A stretch of DNA of 64,000 nt from an uncultured Planctomycetales bacterium. Its GTDB lineage: Bacteria > Omnitrophota > Gorgyraeia > Zapsychrales > JANLHA01. Made by a program: the position numbers and the translations under genes. The notes below the pieces were generated by a model. The model worked only from the letters and a program-made list of their open reading frames with translations, was not told the origin of the DNA and did no database searches. This document shows, piece after piece, positions 49,712 through 58,264 of this stretch. The stretch is taken from the NCBI GenBank assembly GCA_964374105.1, contig CAYJXI010000005.1:12440-76439 (forward strand), written 5' to 3'. Position 1 is the stretch's first letter. Each line of letters starts with the position of its first letter.

Positions 49712-50497
49712 ATGGAAAGTGTGCAATTGCATAAGACAGCGGTGATTCATCCCTCCGCCAAATTGGCTTGCGGTGTTGCGGTTGGTCCTTATTCGGTCAT
49801 TGGACCTTATGTCACCATTGCTGAGAATGTGAAGATAGGCAGTCATTGCATTATCGAAGGCCAGGCCGCCATCGGAAAAAATTGTCAGATTTTTACGGGC
49901 GCCATTATTGGCAGTGCTCCACAGGATAAAAAATACAATGGCGAAGAGGATGTTTCTTTTACGATCGGGGAGAACAATATCATCCGGGAATACGTGACGA
50001 TGAATACGGGAACCTCGGAAGGAGGAGGGAAAACCATTGTTGGGAATAATAATCTTTTTATGGCTTATTCTCATGTGGCGCACGACTGTATCATTGGCAA
50101 CAACTGTGTCCTGGCCAATGCGGGAACTTTAGCCGGGCATGTCACCCTGGAAGATAATGCGGTGGTGGGGGGATTGAGTGCGGTTCATCAATTTGTCCGC
50201 CTCGGACGTCTTTCCATTGTAGGAGGCTGTTCTAAAGTGGTGCAGGATATTCCTCCTTTTTCCATGTGTGATGGTCATCCGGCAAAGGTTTATGATCTGA
50301 ATTATACAGGGCTAAAACGCGCTAAAATTTCACTAAAGACAATTAATTTATTAAAACAAGCCTTCAAGATTCTTTTTCACAGTGGCCTCTCCAAAACCCA
50401 TGCCATTGAGAAGATTGAAAAAGAAATCGAACCTTCTCCTGAGGTTGAGCACCTCATCTTTTTTGCTAAGACAACAAAACGGGGACTCTGTAGTTAA
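49712..50497 (+). CDS. lpxA: Acyl-ACP--UDP-N-acetylglucosamine O-acyltransferase
   Basis: 261 aa. N-terminal hexapeptide-repeat beta-helix (IHPSAKLACGVAVGPYSVIGPYVTI...) and a C-terminal LpxA helical domain. Confidence 0.85.
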   Translation: MESVQLHKTAVIHPSAKLACGVAVGPYSVIGPYVTIAENVKIGSHCIIEGQAAIGKNCQIFTGAIIGSAPQDKKYNGEEDVSFTIGENNIIREYVTMNTGTSEGGGKTIVGNNNLFMAYSHVAHDCIIGNNCVLANAGTLAGHVTLEDNAVVGGLSAVHQFVRLGRLSIVGGCSKVVQDIPPFSMCDGHPAKVYDLNYTGLKRAKISLKTINLLKQAFKILFHSGLSKTHAIEKIEKEIEPSPEVEHLIFFAKTTKRGLCS

Positions 50498-50636
50498 CGG
50501 TTCCTAGTGAATGGTTAATTGTTAATGGCTTTAAGGTAGTGAGAATAAGTGTTTGCTTTAAAAACTCCCATCTCAATCCAAATCACAGACCATTAACTAT
50601 TGACCGTTTACTGTTTAGGGGTTACCATTCAATCAT

Positions 50637-51446
50637 ATGCAAATTCAAACTCTGGGATTGATTGCGGGTAATGGGAAATTCCCACTTCTTTTTGCCCAGG
50701 CGGCTAAAAGGCAAAACATCAAAATCGTTGCGGCCGGGATTCGTGGGGATACGTCATTAACTTTAAGATTTTTTGTTGATAAATTTTTGTGGTTTAAGGT
50801 GGGAGAACTGGAGAAACTGTTCTCCTATTTCAAAAACGAGGGGATTAGATATGTCCTCATGGCTGGTCAGGTTAACCCCAAAAATTTATTTGATCAAAGG
50901 ATTCAATTGGACCAAAGATTCCAAAATCTCATTCAATCTTTGGAGGATCGTAAGGCGGATACGATTTTCTCAGCGATTGCCCAAAAATTAAAAGAGGAGG
51001 GGATGGAACTCTTGGATTCAACCTTTCTTTTAAAATCGCATATTGCCCCCAAAGGGACATTAAGTCGTCGAGGTCCAACCCTTCAGGAATTAGAGGATAT
51101 TGAATTTGGCAGGAATATTGCTAAGGCCATGGGTGGCTTAGATGTTGGTCAGATGGTGGTGGTGAAGGACAAGGCCATTGTCGCTATTGAAGCCCTGGAA
51201 GGAACAGACCGCTGCATCTTCCGAGGTGGAAAGATCGCAAAGAGAGGTGCCGTGGTTGTCAAGGTCAGTAAACCCAAACAAGACGAGCGTTTCGATGTCC
51301 CCGTCATTGGTCCCCAAACAATAAAAACAATGAAACAATGTCAAGCCAGGTGTCTTGCCATTGAGGCCGACAAGACCTTAATCATCGATCGGAAAGAATG
51401 TTTACGCCTTGCCAACAAAGCCGGGATCTGTATTGTCGCTTTCTAA
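50637..51446 (+). CDS. lpxI: UDP-2,3-diacylglucosamine pyrophosphatase LpxI (DUF1009 family)
   Basis: 269 aa. LGLIAGNGKFP...AAKRQNIKIVAAGI at the N-terminus and a C-terminal catalytic domain (DVGQMVVVKDKAIVAIEALEGTD). The placement after lpxA matches lpxI organisation in LpxH-lacking lineages. Confidence 0.6.
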   Translation: MQIQTLGLIAGNGKFPLLFAQAAKRQNIKIVAAGIRGDTSLTLRFFVDKFLWFKVGELEKLFSYFKNEGIRYVLMAGQVNPKNLFDQRIQLDQRFQNLIQSLEDRKADTIFSAIAQKLKEEGMELLDSTFLLKSHIAPKGTLSRRGPTLQELEDIEFGRNIAKAMGGLDVGQMVVVKDKAIVAIEALEGTDRCIFRGGKIAKRGAVVVKVSKPKQDERFDVPVIGPQTIKTMKQCQARCLAIEADKTLIIDRKECLRLANKAGICIVAF

Positions 51447-51544
51447 TCATGAATTGCGAGGCTTAAAAAAATGGAAACGACAGAAGAGGGATTGAGGTTA
51501 AGTGTTTTAGGTAATCCACTTAAAACTATAAGTGCAATAAGCCA

Positions 51545-51724
51545 ATGAACGAAGACATCCTAGCTGATATCCGTAACAAACTCACTGTTCCGAGGATTGC
51601 CTTAGAGAGACTGGCCAAAGGGGAGAAGGTGCCAAGTGAGTTTCTCGAATTGGCTTTGGAAGAGTTAAACTCGGTCATTAATGCGATGGAAAACTATTTT
51701 AGAAAAATGAATCCTTTAAGGTAA
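51545..51724 (+). CDS. 59-aa predicted helical protein (hypothetical), below the ORF-track size cutoff
   Basis: ORF MNEDILADIRNKLTVPRIALERLAKGEKVPSEFLELALEELNSVINAMENYFRKMNPLR, found by manual translation. No recognisable family. Sits at the edge of the accessory islet. Confidence 0.3.
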   Translation: MNEDILADIRNKLTVPRIALERLAKGEKVPSEFLELALEELNSVINAMENYFRKMNPLR

Positions 51725-51789
51725 ATTCTTAAGTACAATATCATCTCCTGATCGAGGGGTGTTGTCATGCCGCTTTATGAAGGAATCTT

Positions 51790-52218
51790 ATGCCTTTCAA
51801 GATCAACGATGAATACGTCCAAAATCTCTTTACAAAACATTTAAGGGCAACTGAAACAGATCTCATTTATGGTTTTGGATTTAACATGGGTCCTTTATGG
51901 AGTCATGCCTTCTTGGGGGCTTTAACTGTTTTCTTTATGAAATTTTATTTTCTCGGACTAACCCAAGAACGCTTGCTTGTGTTGGAAGTCGATATGATGT
52001 ATAAGGAGAAACGCTTGCTACCAATCGAATTTGTCCAGATTGATGAAATCAAGATCAAAAATTTGTTCTTAGGCTTAAGGGTGTTCATCATTAGGTTGGT
52101 CAATGGGAAAAAATTTAGTTTGACGATGAGTCCAAAACCCATAGGACTCAAAAACGCCAAAGACCATTTAGAACGAATGTGCCAGATCTTCTACGCACGT
52201 AATTTACGGCGGTCCTAA
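51790..52218 (+). CDS. Hypothetical membrane-associated protein with a bacterial PH-like (bPH/DUF304-type) C-terminal domain
   Basis: 142 aa. Hydrophobic segment WSHAFLGALTVFFMKFYFLG followed by a ...LLVLEVD...IKIKNLFLGLRVFIIRLVNGKKFSLTMS pattern reminiscent of bPH domains. AAGGA RBS 7 nt upstream. Confidence 0.4.
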   Translation: MPFKINDEYVQNLFTKHLRATETDLIYGFGFNMGPLWSHAFLGALTVFFMKFYFLGLTQERLLVLEVDMMYKEKRLLPIEFVQIDEIKIKNLFLGLRVFIIRLVNGKKFSLTMSPKPIGLKNAKDHLERMCQIFYARNLRRS

Positions 52219-52243
52219 GCAGGGGTTTTAACAGAAATTTCCG

Positions 52244-52507
52244 ATGGCCAAATTCCGTTGGGCCAAAATTCCGATGCCAACACGACTGGACCCAAATGAA
52301 TTTAAGTTATGTCGTGTGACCCAAGAATCCCAAGGGGATGTGGTTTTGGACCCATTTGTCGGCAGTGGAACAACATGCGTTGCCGCCTTGAAAACCAAAA
52401 GACATTATATCGGCTATGATACCAACAAAGAATACTGTAAGTTAGCGGAGAGAAGAATTGAGAGTTCTCTTCAAGAGCAAATTTCTTTGTTTGAGTCCAA
52501 AAAATGA
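52244..52507 (+). pseudogene. Truncated remnant (C-terminal about 50 aa) of a beta-class N6-adenine/N4-cytosine DNA methyltransferase
   Basis: The 87-aa ORF contains [41 protein letters not shown], which is the AdoMet-binding motif I region (DPFxGSGTT) that lies C-terminal in beta-class MTases. The upstream catalytic (D/N/S)PPY region is absent. The length is about a third of a functional enzyme. Confidence 0.6.
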
Positions 52508-52555
52508 ATCATGGAAAGATTTAGCTTCTTCAATGCAGGGGCTATTTAGGATAAG

Positions 52556-52588
52556 AAAGGACAGGTTAAAACCTGTCCTTTCTTATAC
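52556..52588 (+). terminator. Rho-independent terminator-like hairpin after the methyltransferase remnant
   Basis: GGACAGG-TTAAAA-CCTGTCC stem-loop (52559-52578) followed by TTTCTTAT. A second perfect palindrome ATTGTGGCC-GGGC-GGCCACAAT lies about 40 nt downstream. Confidence 0.5.
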
Positions 52589-52719
52589 CCCAAGAAGCGG
52601 CGGTGGGGAAATGATGCGTCAAATTGTGGCCGGGCGGCCACAATTGGGGAAAAGGGTAAAAAAAGTAGTGTCGGTCCCGACTTTACCGACTTTAAAATAA
52701 ACAATAAGATTGAAAGATT

Positions 52720-53574
52720 ATGGAAAATAAAGATGATTTTGACAAGGCTATAGAAGAACTTGAGAAAGCACATAAGTCAGGTAATATTAAGGACGTTAAA
52801 TTCTATAGTCAGTATTTGGATATTAAATTAAAGAACCAGCAAAACCAATTAAATAAAATTGCGATTGAAAATCTTAACAAGATTAGTGATTTAATAGCTG
52901 GTTTAAAAAAGGAAATCGAAAGCAGTACGGATAGAATAAACAATTCAAACAAAATTTTGTCTGATCAACAGAGTGGGCAAAACAAATGGATGTTGTTTTG
53001 GACAGCTATTGTCGCGGTAACATCTATCTTTGCAAGTATAACTTCATGGAATAGTGCAAAAAGTGCAAATTTATCGGTTATTCAAGCAGAAAATACAGCT
53101 AAAGCTCAATTGCGTCCGTATCTTCTTATTGAACTGGTTAAGAACCAATTACCATGGGATGGTAAAGCAAAAATAGTTTTGCCAGTAAATTTAAGAAATA
53201 TAGGACAAACTCCAGCTTTAAAGATTTTAAAAGGATATAATAGTTTTTTGCTAGATAAATCAGGAGTTAATATTTTGGTACAACCTTTCAGGGAGAGGGC
53301 CGGAGAGGAAGACTCACTCTCACCAACCCAGATTTCTGCAAAACATATGCTCGATATCAATATAACAGGATTTAATCTTGAAAAGAATTTAGCTATTAAA
53401 GTTGAGCTCCTAATTTCTTACGAAGGATTCCATGAAATCGATTCTAAGCGATACTTTTCAAAATCAATTTATATAATGACTCCAAGAAAGACAGCAAATG
53501 GTACTGTTGTCTTCATAGTATCTCAACCCAAGTTGGCATTTGGATATGCAGAAGATGGGTGGGATTATAAATAG
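52720..53574 (+). CDS. Hypothetical protein with an N-terminal coiled coil, one TM helix and a roughly 170-aa C-terminal domain of unknown function, in an AT-rich island
   Basis: 284 aa. Coiled-coil heptads in residues 1-90. TM segment WMLFWTAIVAVTSIFASITSW. No recognisable family. The local sequence is visibly more AT-rich than the flanking housekeeping genes. Confidence 0.5.
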   Translation: MENKDDFDKAIEELEKAHKSGNIKDVKFYSQYLDIKLKNQQNQLNKIAIENLNKISDLIAGLKKEIESSTDRINNSNKILSDQQSGQNKWMLFWTAIVAVTSIFASITSWNSAKSANLSVIQAENTAKAQLRPYLLIELVKNQLPWDGKAKIVLPVNLRNIGQTPALKILKGYNSFLLDKSGVNILVQPFRERAGEEDSLSPTQISAKHMLDINITGFNLEKNLAIKVELLISYEGFHEIDSKRYFSKSIYIMTPRKTANGTVVFIVSQPKLAFGYAEDGWDYK

Positions 53575-53650
53575 ATATAGTGGAATCCGGGGGACAAACG
53601 CCGAAACCCAAATTAAAAACTAAGGTATTAGACATTTCTGAGAGAGGATG

Positions 53651-53688
53651 CGCCCTAGGGTTGGATTGACACCTTAGGGCTTTTTCTA
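53651..53688 (+). terminator. Hairpin plus T-run downstream of the 52720..53574 ORF, overlapping the lysS -35 element
   Basis: GCCCTAGGG-TTGGATTGACA-CCTTAGGGC (8/9-bp stem) followed by TTTTTCT. Confidence 0.4.
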
Positions 53689-53694
53689 TATAAT
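53666..53694 (+). promoter_or_regulatory. Consensus sigma70-type promoter for lysS (TTGACA-17 nt-TATAAT)
   Basis: TTGACA at 53666-53671, a 17-nt spacer, and TATAAT at 53689-53694. This lies 43 nt upstream of the lysS ATG at 53737. In an AT-rich genome, -10-like hexamers occur by chance; the perfect -35/-10 pair with ideal spacing is the evidence. Confidence 0.45.
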
Positions 53695-53736
53695 CATGTA
53701 ATTCTTTTATACTATTTTTAAAATTAATATTAAATT

Positions 53737-55203
53737 ATGGATCCTCAAGAAATTAAAAGTGTTAGACTGGAAAAACTTAAAGATCTCTTAACCAAAGGGG
53801 TTAACCCTTATCCCGGCCGTTTTGAACGACTTTTTCAAATTGGAAAGGTTTTAGCCGATTTCGTGGAAGAGAAGGAAGTTAAACTTGCCGGCCGGATTCT
53901 GGCTAACCGCAAACACGGCAAAGTCCATTTTATGGATCTGGGTGATTTGACCGGCAAGATCCAGTTGTTTGTAAAAATCGACTATGTGGGAGAAAGGCTT
54001 TTTGAGATTGTGCAGAGCCTTGACATAGGGGATATCATTGGCGTTCGAGGGATCCTCTTTAAGACCAGAACCGGGGAACAGAGTGTCCGAGTGGTGGAAT
54101 TAACGCTTCTTACCAAATCCCTTATGTCTCTGCCAGAAAAATGGCACGGCCTTAAAGATGTGGAGATCCGTTATAGGCAGCGTTATGTGGATTTGATTGC
54201 CAATAAAGAAGTGAGAGAGGTCTTTATTAAAAGGAGCAAGATCATCTCCTTCATTCGCTCATACTTGGATGAATGTGGATTTATGGAAGTGGAAACACCG
54301 ATGTTGCAATCCCTGGCAGGGGGCGCTCGCGGCAAACCCTTTAAAAGCAAACACAATGCCTTTGATATGGAAGTTTACTTACGCATTGCTCCGGAACTGT
54401 ATCTGAAGCGACTTTTGGTGGGGGGATTTGAAAAGGTTTATGAAATCAATCGGAATTTTCGTAATGAAGGGATTTCCACTCGCCATAATCCGGAGTTTAC
54501 GATGCTAGAAGCTTATCAAGCCTATGGGAATTTTGAAGACATGATGAAGTTAATGGAGGATCTTATCAGCGGCACCGTTAAGGCTATCCTAGGATCCTAT
54601 AAGGTGACTTATCAAGGCCAAGAGATCGATTTTACCCCACCCTGGCAAAGGCAGTCATTTGCAACAATCGTTAAGAAAGAATTTGATATCAATCCTTCCG
54701 ATGACGCCCAGACAATGAAGGTTAAGGTTTTAAAGAAGCACAAAAATAAAACGGTAGAACTGCAGAAATTAACTCGTTCGTCGGTCATGAAGATTGTGGA
54801 GGATTATTTGGAAGAGCACGCTTCCTTGAATCCAGTATTCTTGACTGAATATTTTACCTTTTTGTGCCCTTTGGCCAAGACCGCGCCAGGAAACCCATTG
54901 CTTTCCGAACGTTTTGAATTATTTATCGGAGGCTTAGAGATAGGCAATGCCTATTCTGAGTTGAATGATCCTCAGGAACAAAAGAAAAGACTGCTGGAGG
55001 ATCTTGAGGATGACACCGAATCTGGATTAAGAGCCATTGATGAGGATTTTATTCATGCCTTGGAATATGGTATGCCACCGGCCGGTGGATTAGGTATCGG
55101 AATAGATCGTTTGGTCATGTTGTTGACCGATTCTCCTTCTATTAGGGATGTGATTCTGTTCCCATTATTGAAGCCAGTTGCAGAAGGACACAAAGAAACA
55201 TGA
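53737..55203 (+). CDS. lysS: Lysine--tRNA ligase (class II)
   Basis: 488 aa. N-terminal OB anticodon-binding domain (GRILANRKHGKVHFMDLGD) and class II core motifs (FRNEG, ...GGLGIGIDRLVMLLTD). Confidence 0.9.
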   Translation: MDPQEIKSVRLEKLKDLLTKGVNPYPGRFERLFQIGKVLADFVEEKEVKLAGRILANRKHGKVHFMDLGDLTGKIQLFVKIDYVGERLFEIVQSLDIGDIIGVRGILFKTRTGEQSVRVVELTLLTKSLMSLPEKWHGLKDVEIRYRQRYVDLIANKEVREVFIKRSKIISFIRSYLDECGFMEVETPMLQSLAGGARGKPFKSKHNAFDMEVYLRIAPELYLKRLLVGGFEKVYEINRNFRNEGISTRHNPEFTMLEAYQAYGNFEDMMKLMEDLISGTVKAILGSYKVTYQGQEIDFTPPWQRQSFATIVKKEFDINPSDDAQTMKVKVLKKHKNKTVELQKLTRSSVMKIVEDYLEEHASLNPVFLTEYFTFLCPLAKTAPGNPLLSERFELFIGGLEIGNAYSELNDPQEQKKRLLEDLEDDTESGLRAIDEDFIHALEYGMPPAGGLGIGIDRLVMLLTDSPSIRDVILFPLLKPVAEGHKET

Positions 55204-55276
55204 CACAAGTTAGAGGTCAGAAGTCAAAGGTCAACAGTCAAATTAAAATTTTATTAACAAATTGTCTTTTGATTTC

Positions 55277-55331
55277 AGCCCTCCCTGGCCCGCCAGTTGC
55301 CAAGGCCAGGGAGGGCTGACTTCTGACTTTT
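55277..55331 (+). terminator. Perfect 14-bp GC-rich stem-loop after lysS, followed by CTGACTTTT; embedded in a larger imperfect palindrome
   Basis: AGCCCTCCCTGGCC (55277-55290), loop CGCCAGTTGCCAA, GGCCAGGGAGGGCT (55304-55317). Flanked by inverted GTCAGAAGTCA / TGACTTCTGAC copies. The downstream ACTTGAGGACTTT motif is also found at 63631-63647. Confidence 0.5.
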
Positions 55332-55356
55332 CACCTGTGACTTGAGGACTTTAGAT

Positions 55357-56553
55357 ATGAATTACGAAAATTGGATTAGCTTCCGATATATTAAAGCCAA
55401 AAAGACGGGCTTTCTTTCCTTCTTGAATTTTATTGCAGTAGCAGGAGTGGCCATTGGGGTGGCCGCTTTGATTGTGGTGACCGGTGTGATGACAGGTTTT
55501 GGCAATAATCTACGGGAAAAAATTATTGGGACCACCCCGCACATTGTGATTGAAAAAGAAACGGGCGTCAGTCATTTCGAGGAAGTCCAAGAAAAATTGA
55601 ATCGTATGGAAGGGATTGTCGGTTCCTCTCCTTATATCCATGGGAATATTTTCCTAGAAGAGTCAGGGAGGGCCTTTGGCATTGCGATCCGGGGGATTCA
55701 TCCTAAAACGGAAGAGAAGGTCACAAAGATTAAGCAATATCTTATTGAAGGCAAGATGGAGGATTTAGAGCGTAATGATGGGGTCATCATCGGAAGCGAA
55801 CTGGCCAGATATTACGGTTATTCTTTAGGAGATCAAGTGACATTGATTGCCCCGGGATCAGGGATCGCCGGTCATGGTTGGCGGTACCAACTGAATGTGG
55901 TGGGAATTTTTAATACGGGCATGATCGATTATGATACGAATCTTGTTTTGGTCAGTCTTAAGAAAGCCCAAGAGATTTTTAATCTGCCAGTGGAAAAATC
56001 CACTGGGATCGGGATCAGAATAAAAAATCCTTATCAGGTGCGGGAAATTAAAGAGGAGCTTTATAGAAAATTTGGGTACAGTTATGTTGTTAAGACGTGG
56101 ATTGATGTCAATCGCAATTTGTTTGAGGCCTTGTTCTTGGAAAAGTGGGGATTATTTATTATCTTGACTCTTATGGTGCTAGTTGCCTCTTTTAATATTA
56201 TTAGTACTTTAATTGTTACGGTCACAAGTAAGATCCATGACATTGGCATCCTTCAGTCATTAGGTGTTCCTAAGAGGTCGATCAAGAGCATTTTCACCAA
56301 ACAGGGGATTTTTATTGGGATCGTGGGAACTTTTTGGGGGGTGGTGGGAGGGGTGGTTTTAAGTTACCTCTTACGGACTTATGTCAAGGTCCCGGAGGAG
56401 ATTTACTCAATCGACCGGGTCCCCATTGAGTTGCAGCTTAAGGATATGCTGATTATAGTGGCCGCCTCACTTATCATCAGTTATCTAGCGACAATTTACC
56501 CCGCGGCTAAGGCAGCGAGTCTTCAGCCGGTCCAAGCTTTGCGTTATGAATAA
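55357..56553 (+). CDS. lolC: Lipoprotein-releasing ABC transporter permease (LolC/LolE family, FtsX-like)
   Basis: N-terminal TM, a large periplasmic MacB-like domain, and three C-terminal TM helices (FtsX fold). The ORF-track start is TTG 55342. The ATG at 55357 (MNYENWISFRYIKAKK) is more typical. Confidence 0.75.
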   Translation: MNYENWISFRYIKAKKTGFLSFLNFIAVAGVAIGVAALIVVTGVMTGFGNNLREKIIGTTPHIVIEKETGVSHFEEVQEKLNRMEGIVGSSPYIHGNIFLEESGRAFGIAIRGIHPKTEEKVTKIKQYLIEGKMEDLERNDGVIIGSELARYYGYSLGDQVTLIAPGSGIAGHGWRYQLNVVGIFNTGMIDYDTNLVLVSLKKAQEIFNLPVEKSTGIGIRIKNPYQVREIKEELYRKFGYSYVVKTWIDVNRNLFEALFLEKWGLFIILTLMVLVASFNIISTLIVTVTSKIHDIGILQSLGVPKRSIKSIFTKQGIFIGIVGTFWGVVGGVVLSYLLRTYVKVPEEIYSIDRVPIELQLKDMLIIVAASLIISYLATIYPAAKAASLQPVQALRYE

Positions 56554-56618
56554 GCGGCCCAAATATCGATTCAAATTGAGGAAAATCTTCTTAACGTTTA
56601 AAGAAAATTTAAATTTTT

Positions 56619-57326
56619 ATGTTTAAGGATAGTAAATGTGTAGTATATTATTACCCGATGATCGAAGCCAAAAATGTCCACAAAATCTATGATCATTTAG
56701 CCAATCGATTGCATGTTTTAAAGGGAATATGTCTTAAGATTGAAAAGGGGGAAGTCCTTGCGATTGTAGGGCCTTCGGGAGCAGGGAAGTCGACTTTGCT
56801 CCACATTCTAGGAGGGCTCGAAACACCAACGGAAGGCGAGATTGCTTTTGAAAGTAAAGATATTTACAAGCTCAATGATGAGGAAAGGGCTAAACTGAGA
56901 AATCAAAAGATTGGTTTTATTTTTCAATTCTATCATTTGTTGCCGGAGTTTACCGCTTGGGAAAATGTCCTTTTACCTACCCTTATTCATTCGAAAGGGA
57001 AACCGTTAGAGTCCTTAAAGTCAAAGGCCGTCGATTTGCTGAACCGGGTGGGTTTAAATGACCGTCAAGAACATATGCCCAATGAACTTTCGGGTGGAGA
57101 ACAACAGCGGGTGGCCATTGCCCGGGCCATCATCAATGATCCAACCATCATTTTTTGTGATGAACCAACCGGCAATTTGGATTCGGAAAATGGGGATAAA
57201 ATCATTCAATTGCTTCTGGAATTGAATACGAAGAATCAACAGACTCTGGTCATTGTGACACATGATGAGCAATTGGCATCTCATTCGCATCAGGTTATCC
57301 ATATGCGAGATGGATGCCTTGTTTAA
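56619..57326 (+). CDS. lolD: Lipoprotein-releasing ABC transporter ATP-binding protein
   Basis: Walker [13 protein letters not shown] signature [14 protein letters not shown] and Walker [13 protein letters not shown]. Alternative start ATG 56658 ([11 protein letters not shown]). Follows lolC/E directly. Confidence 0.75.
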   Translation: MFKDSKCVVYYYPMIEAKNVHKIYDHLANRLHVLKGICLKIEKGEVLAIVGPSGAGKSTLLHILGGLETPTEGEIAFESKDIYKLNDEERAKLRNQKIGFIFQFYHLLPEFTAWENVLLPTLIHSKGKPLESLKSKAVDLLNRVGLNDRQEHMPNELSGGEQQRVAIARAIINDPTIIFCDEPTGNLDSENGDKIIQLLLELNTKNQQTLVIVTHDEQLASHSHQVIHMRDGCLV

Positions 57327-57360
57327 AGAAGGTTAAGAGTTCAAAAAAAGGATTTCAGTT

Positions 57361-58224
57361 ATGAAAATTTATCTCAATGGTCGGTTTGTCAGTCGTAAGG
57401 AGGCTAAAATTTCGGTTTTTGACCATGGGCTGCTCTATGGGGATGGTGCGTTTGAAGGGATTCGATCCTATAACCGATTAGTGTTTAAATTAGAGGAGCA
57501 TGTCAACAGGCTTTTCGAAACCGCCCATACCTTGATGATCTCAATCCCTTTGAGTAAAAAGGAGATGATCAAGGCGGCGGTGGCTACTTTAAAAGAGAAT
57601 AACTTAAAAGATGCTTATATTCGGGTGGTGGTCACCCGAGGTGAGGGAGACTTAGGGCTTGATCCACGCAAGTGTTATGGCCGGCCGGAAATTATTATCA
57701 TTGCCGACAAGATTACCTTGTATTCTGAGGAACTTTATAAGAAGGGGATGGCGATCATTACTGTCCCTACTGCGCGCAATCATCCGGAGGCTATTAACCC
57801 GCAATTGAAGTCCTTGAATTATCTGAATAATATCTTGGCAAAGATTGAAGCCAATAATTCGGGATTTGCCGAGGCCATCATGCTAGATACCCAAGGATAT
57901 GTGGCCGAATGTACGGGGGACAATATCTTTATTCTTAAAAGAAAAGTGCTGATGACCCCCTCGCAAGGACGTTTGCGTGGGATTACGCGCGATACGGTTT
58001 TAGAACTGGCCGAAAAAATCAAAATGAAAACCAGGGAAGGCCAGATCACTCGGCACGAAGTTTATAATTCGGATGAATGTTTTTTAACCGGAACGGCGGC
58101 GGAAATTATTCCAGTTGTCAAAGTTGATGGTAGAATAATAGGGGACGGCAAGCCCGGTAAAATAACAAAAACAATGATGACATTGTTTAAGGAAGAAACA
58201 AAGAAAAAAGGTGTGAGGTATTAA
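57361..58224 (+). CDS. ilvE: Class IV (fold type IV) aminotransferase, IlvE-like branched-chain amino acid aminotransferase
   Basis: 287 aa. YGDGAFEGIRSY, the LxxHxxRL motif (HVNRLFETA) and the conserved PLP-lysine region. The short length leaves D-amino-acid aminotransferase or PabC as alternatives. Confidence 0.65.
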   Translation: MKIYLNGRFVSRKEAKISVFDHGLLYGDGAFEGIRSYNRLVFKLEEHVNRLFETAHTLMISIPLSKKEMIKAAVATLKENNLKDAYIRVVVTRGEGDLGLDPRKCYGRPEIIIIADKITLYSEELYKKGMAIITVPTARNHPEAINPQLKSLNYLNNILAKIEANNSGFAEAIMLDTQGYVAECTGDNIFILKRKVLMTPSQGRLRGITRDTVLELAEKIKMKTREGQITRHEVYNSDECFLTGTAAEIIPVVKVDGRIIGDGKPGKITKTMMTLFKEETKKKGVRY

Positions 58225-58264
58225 TTGAAGCACAGATCATCTGTGCCTTAAGAGAGGGAATTGA

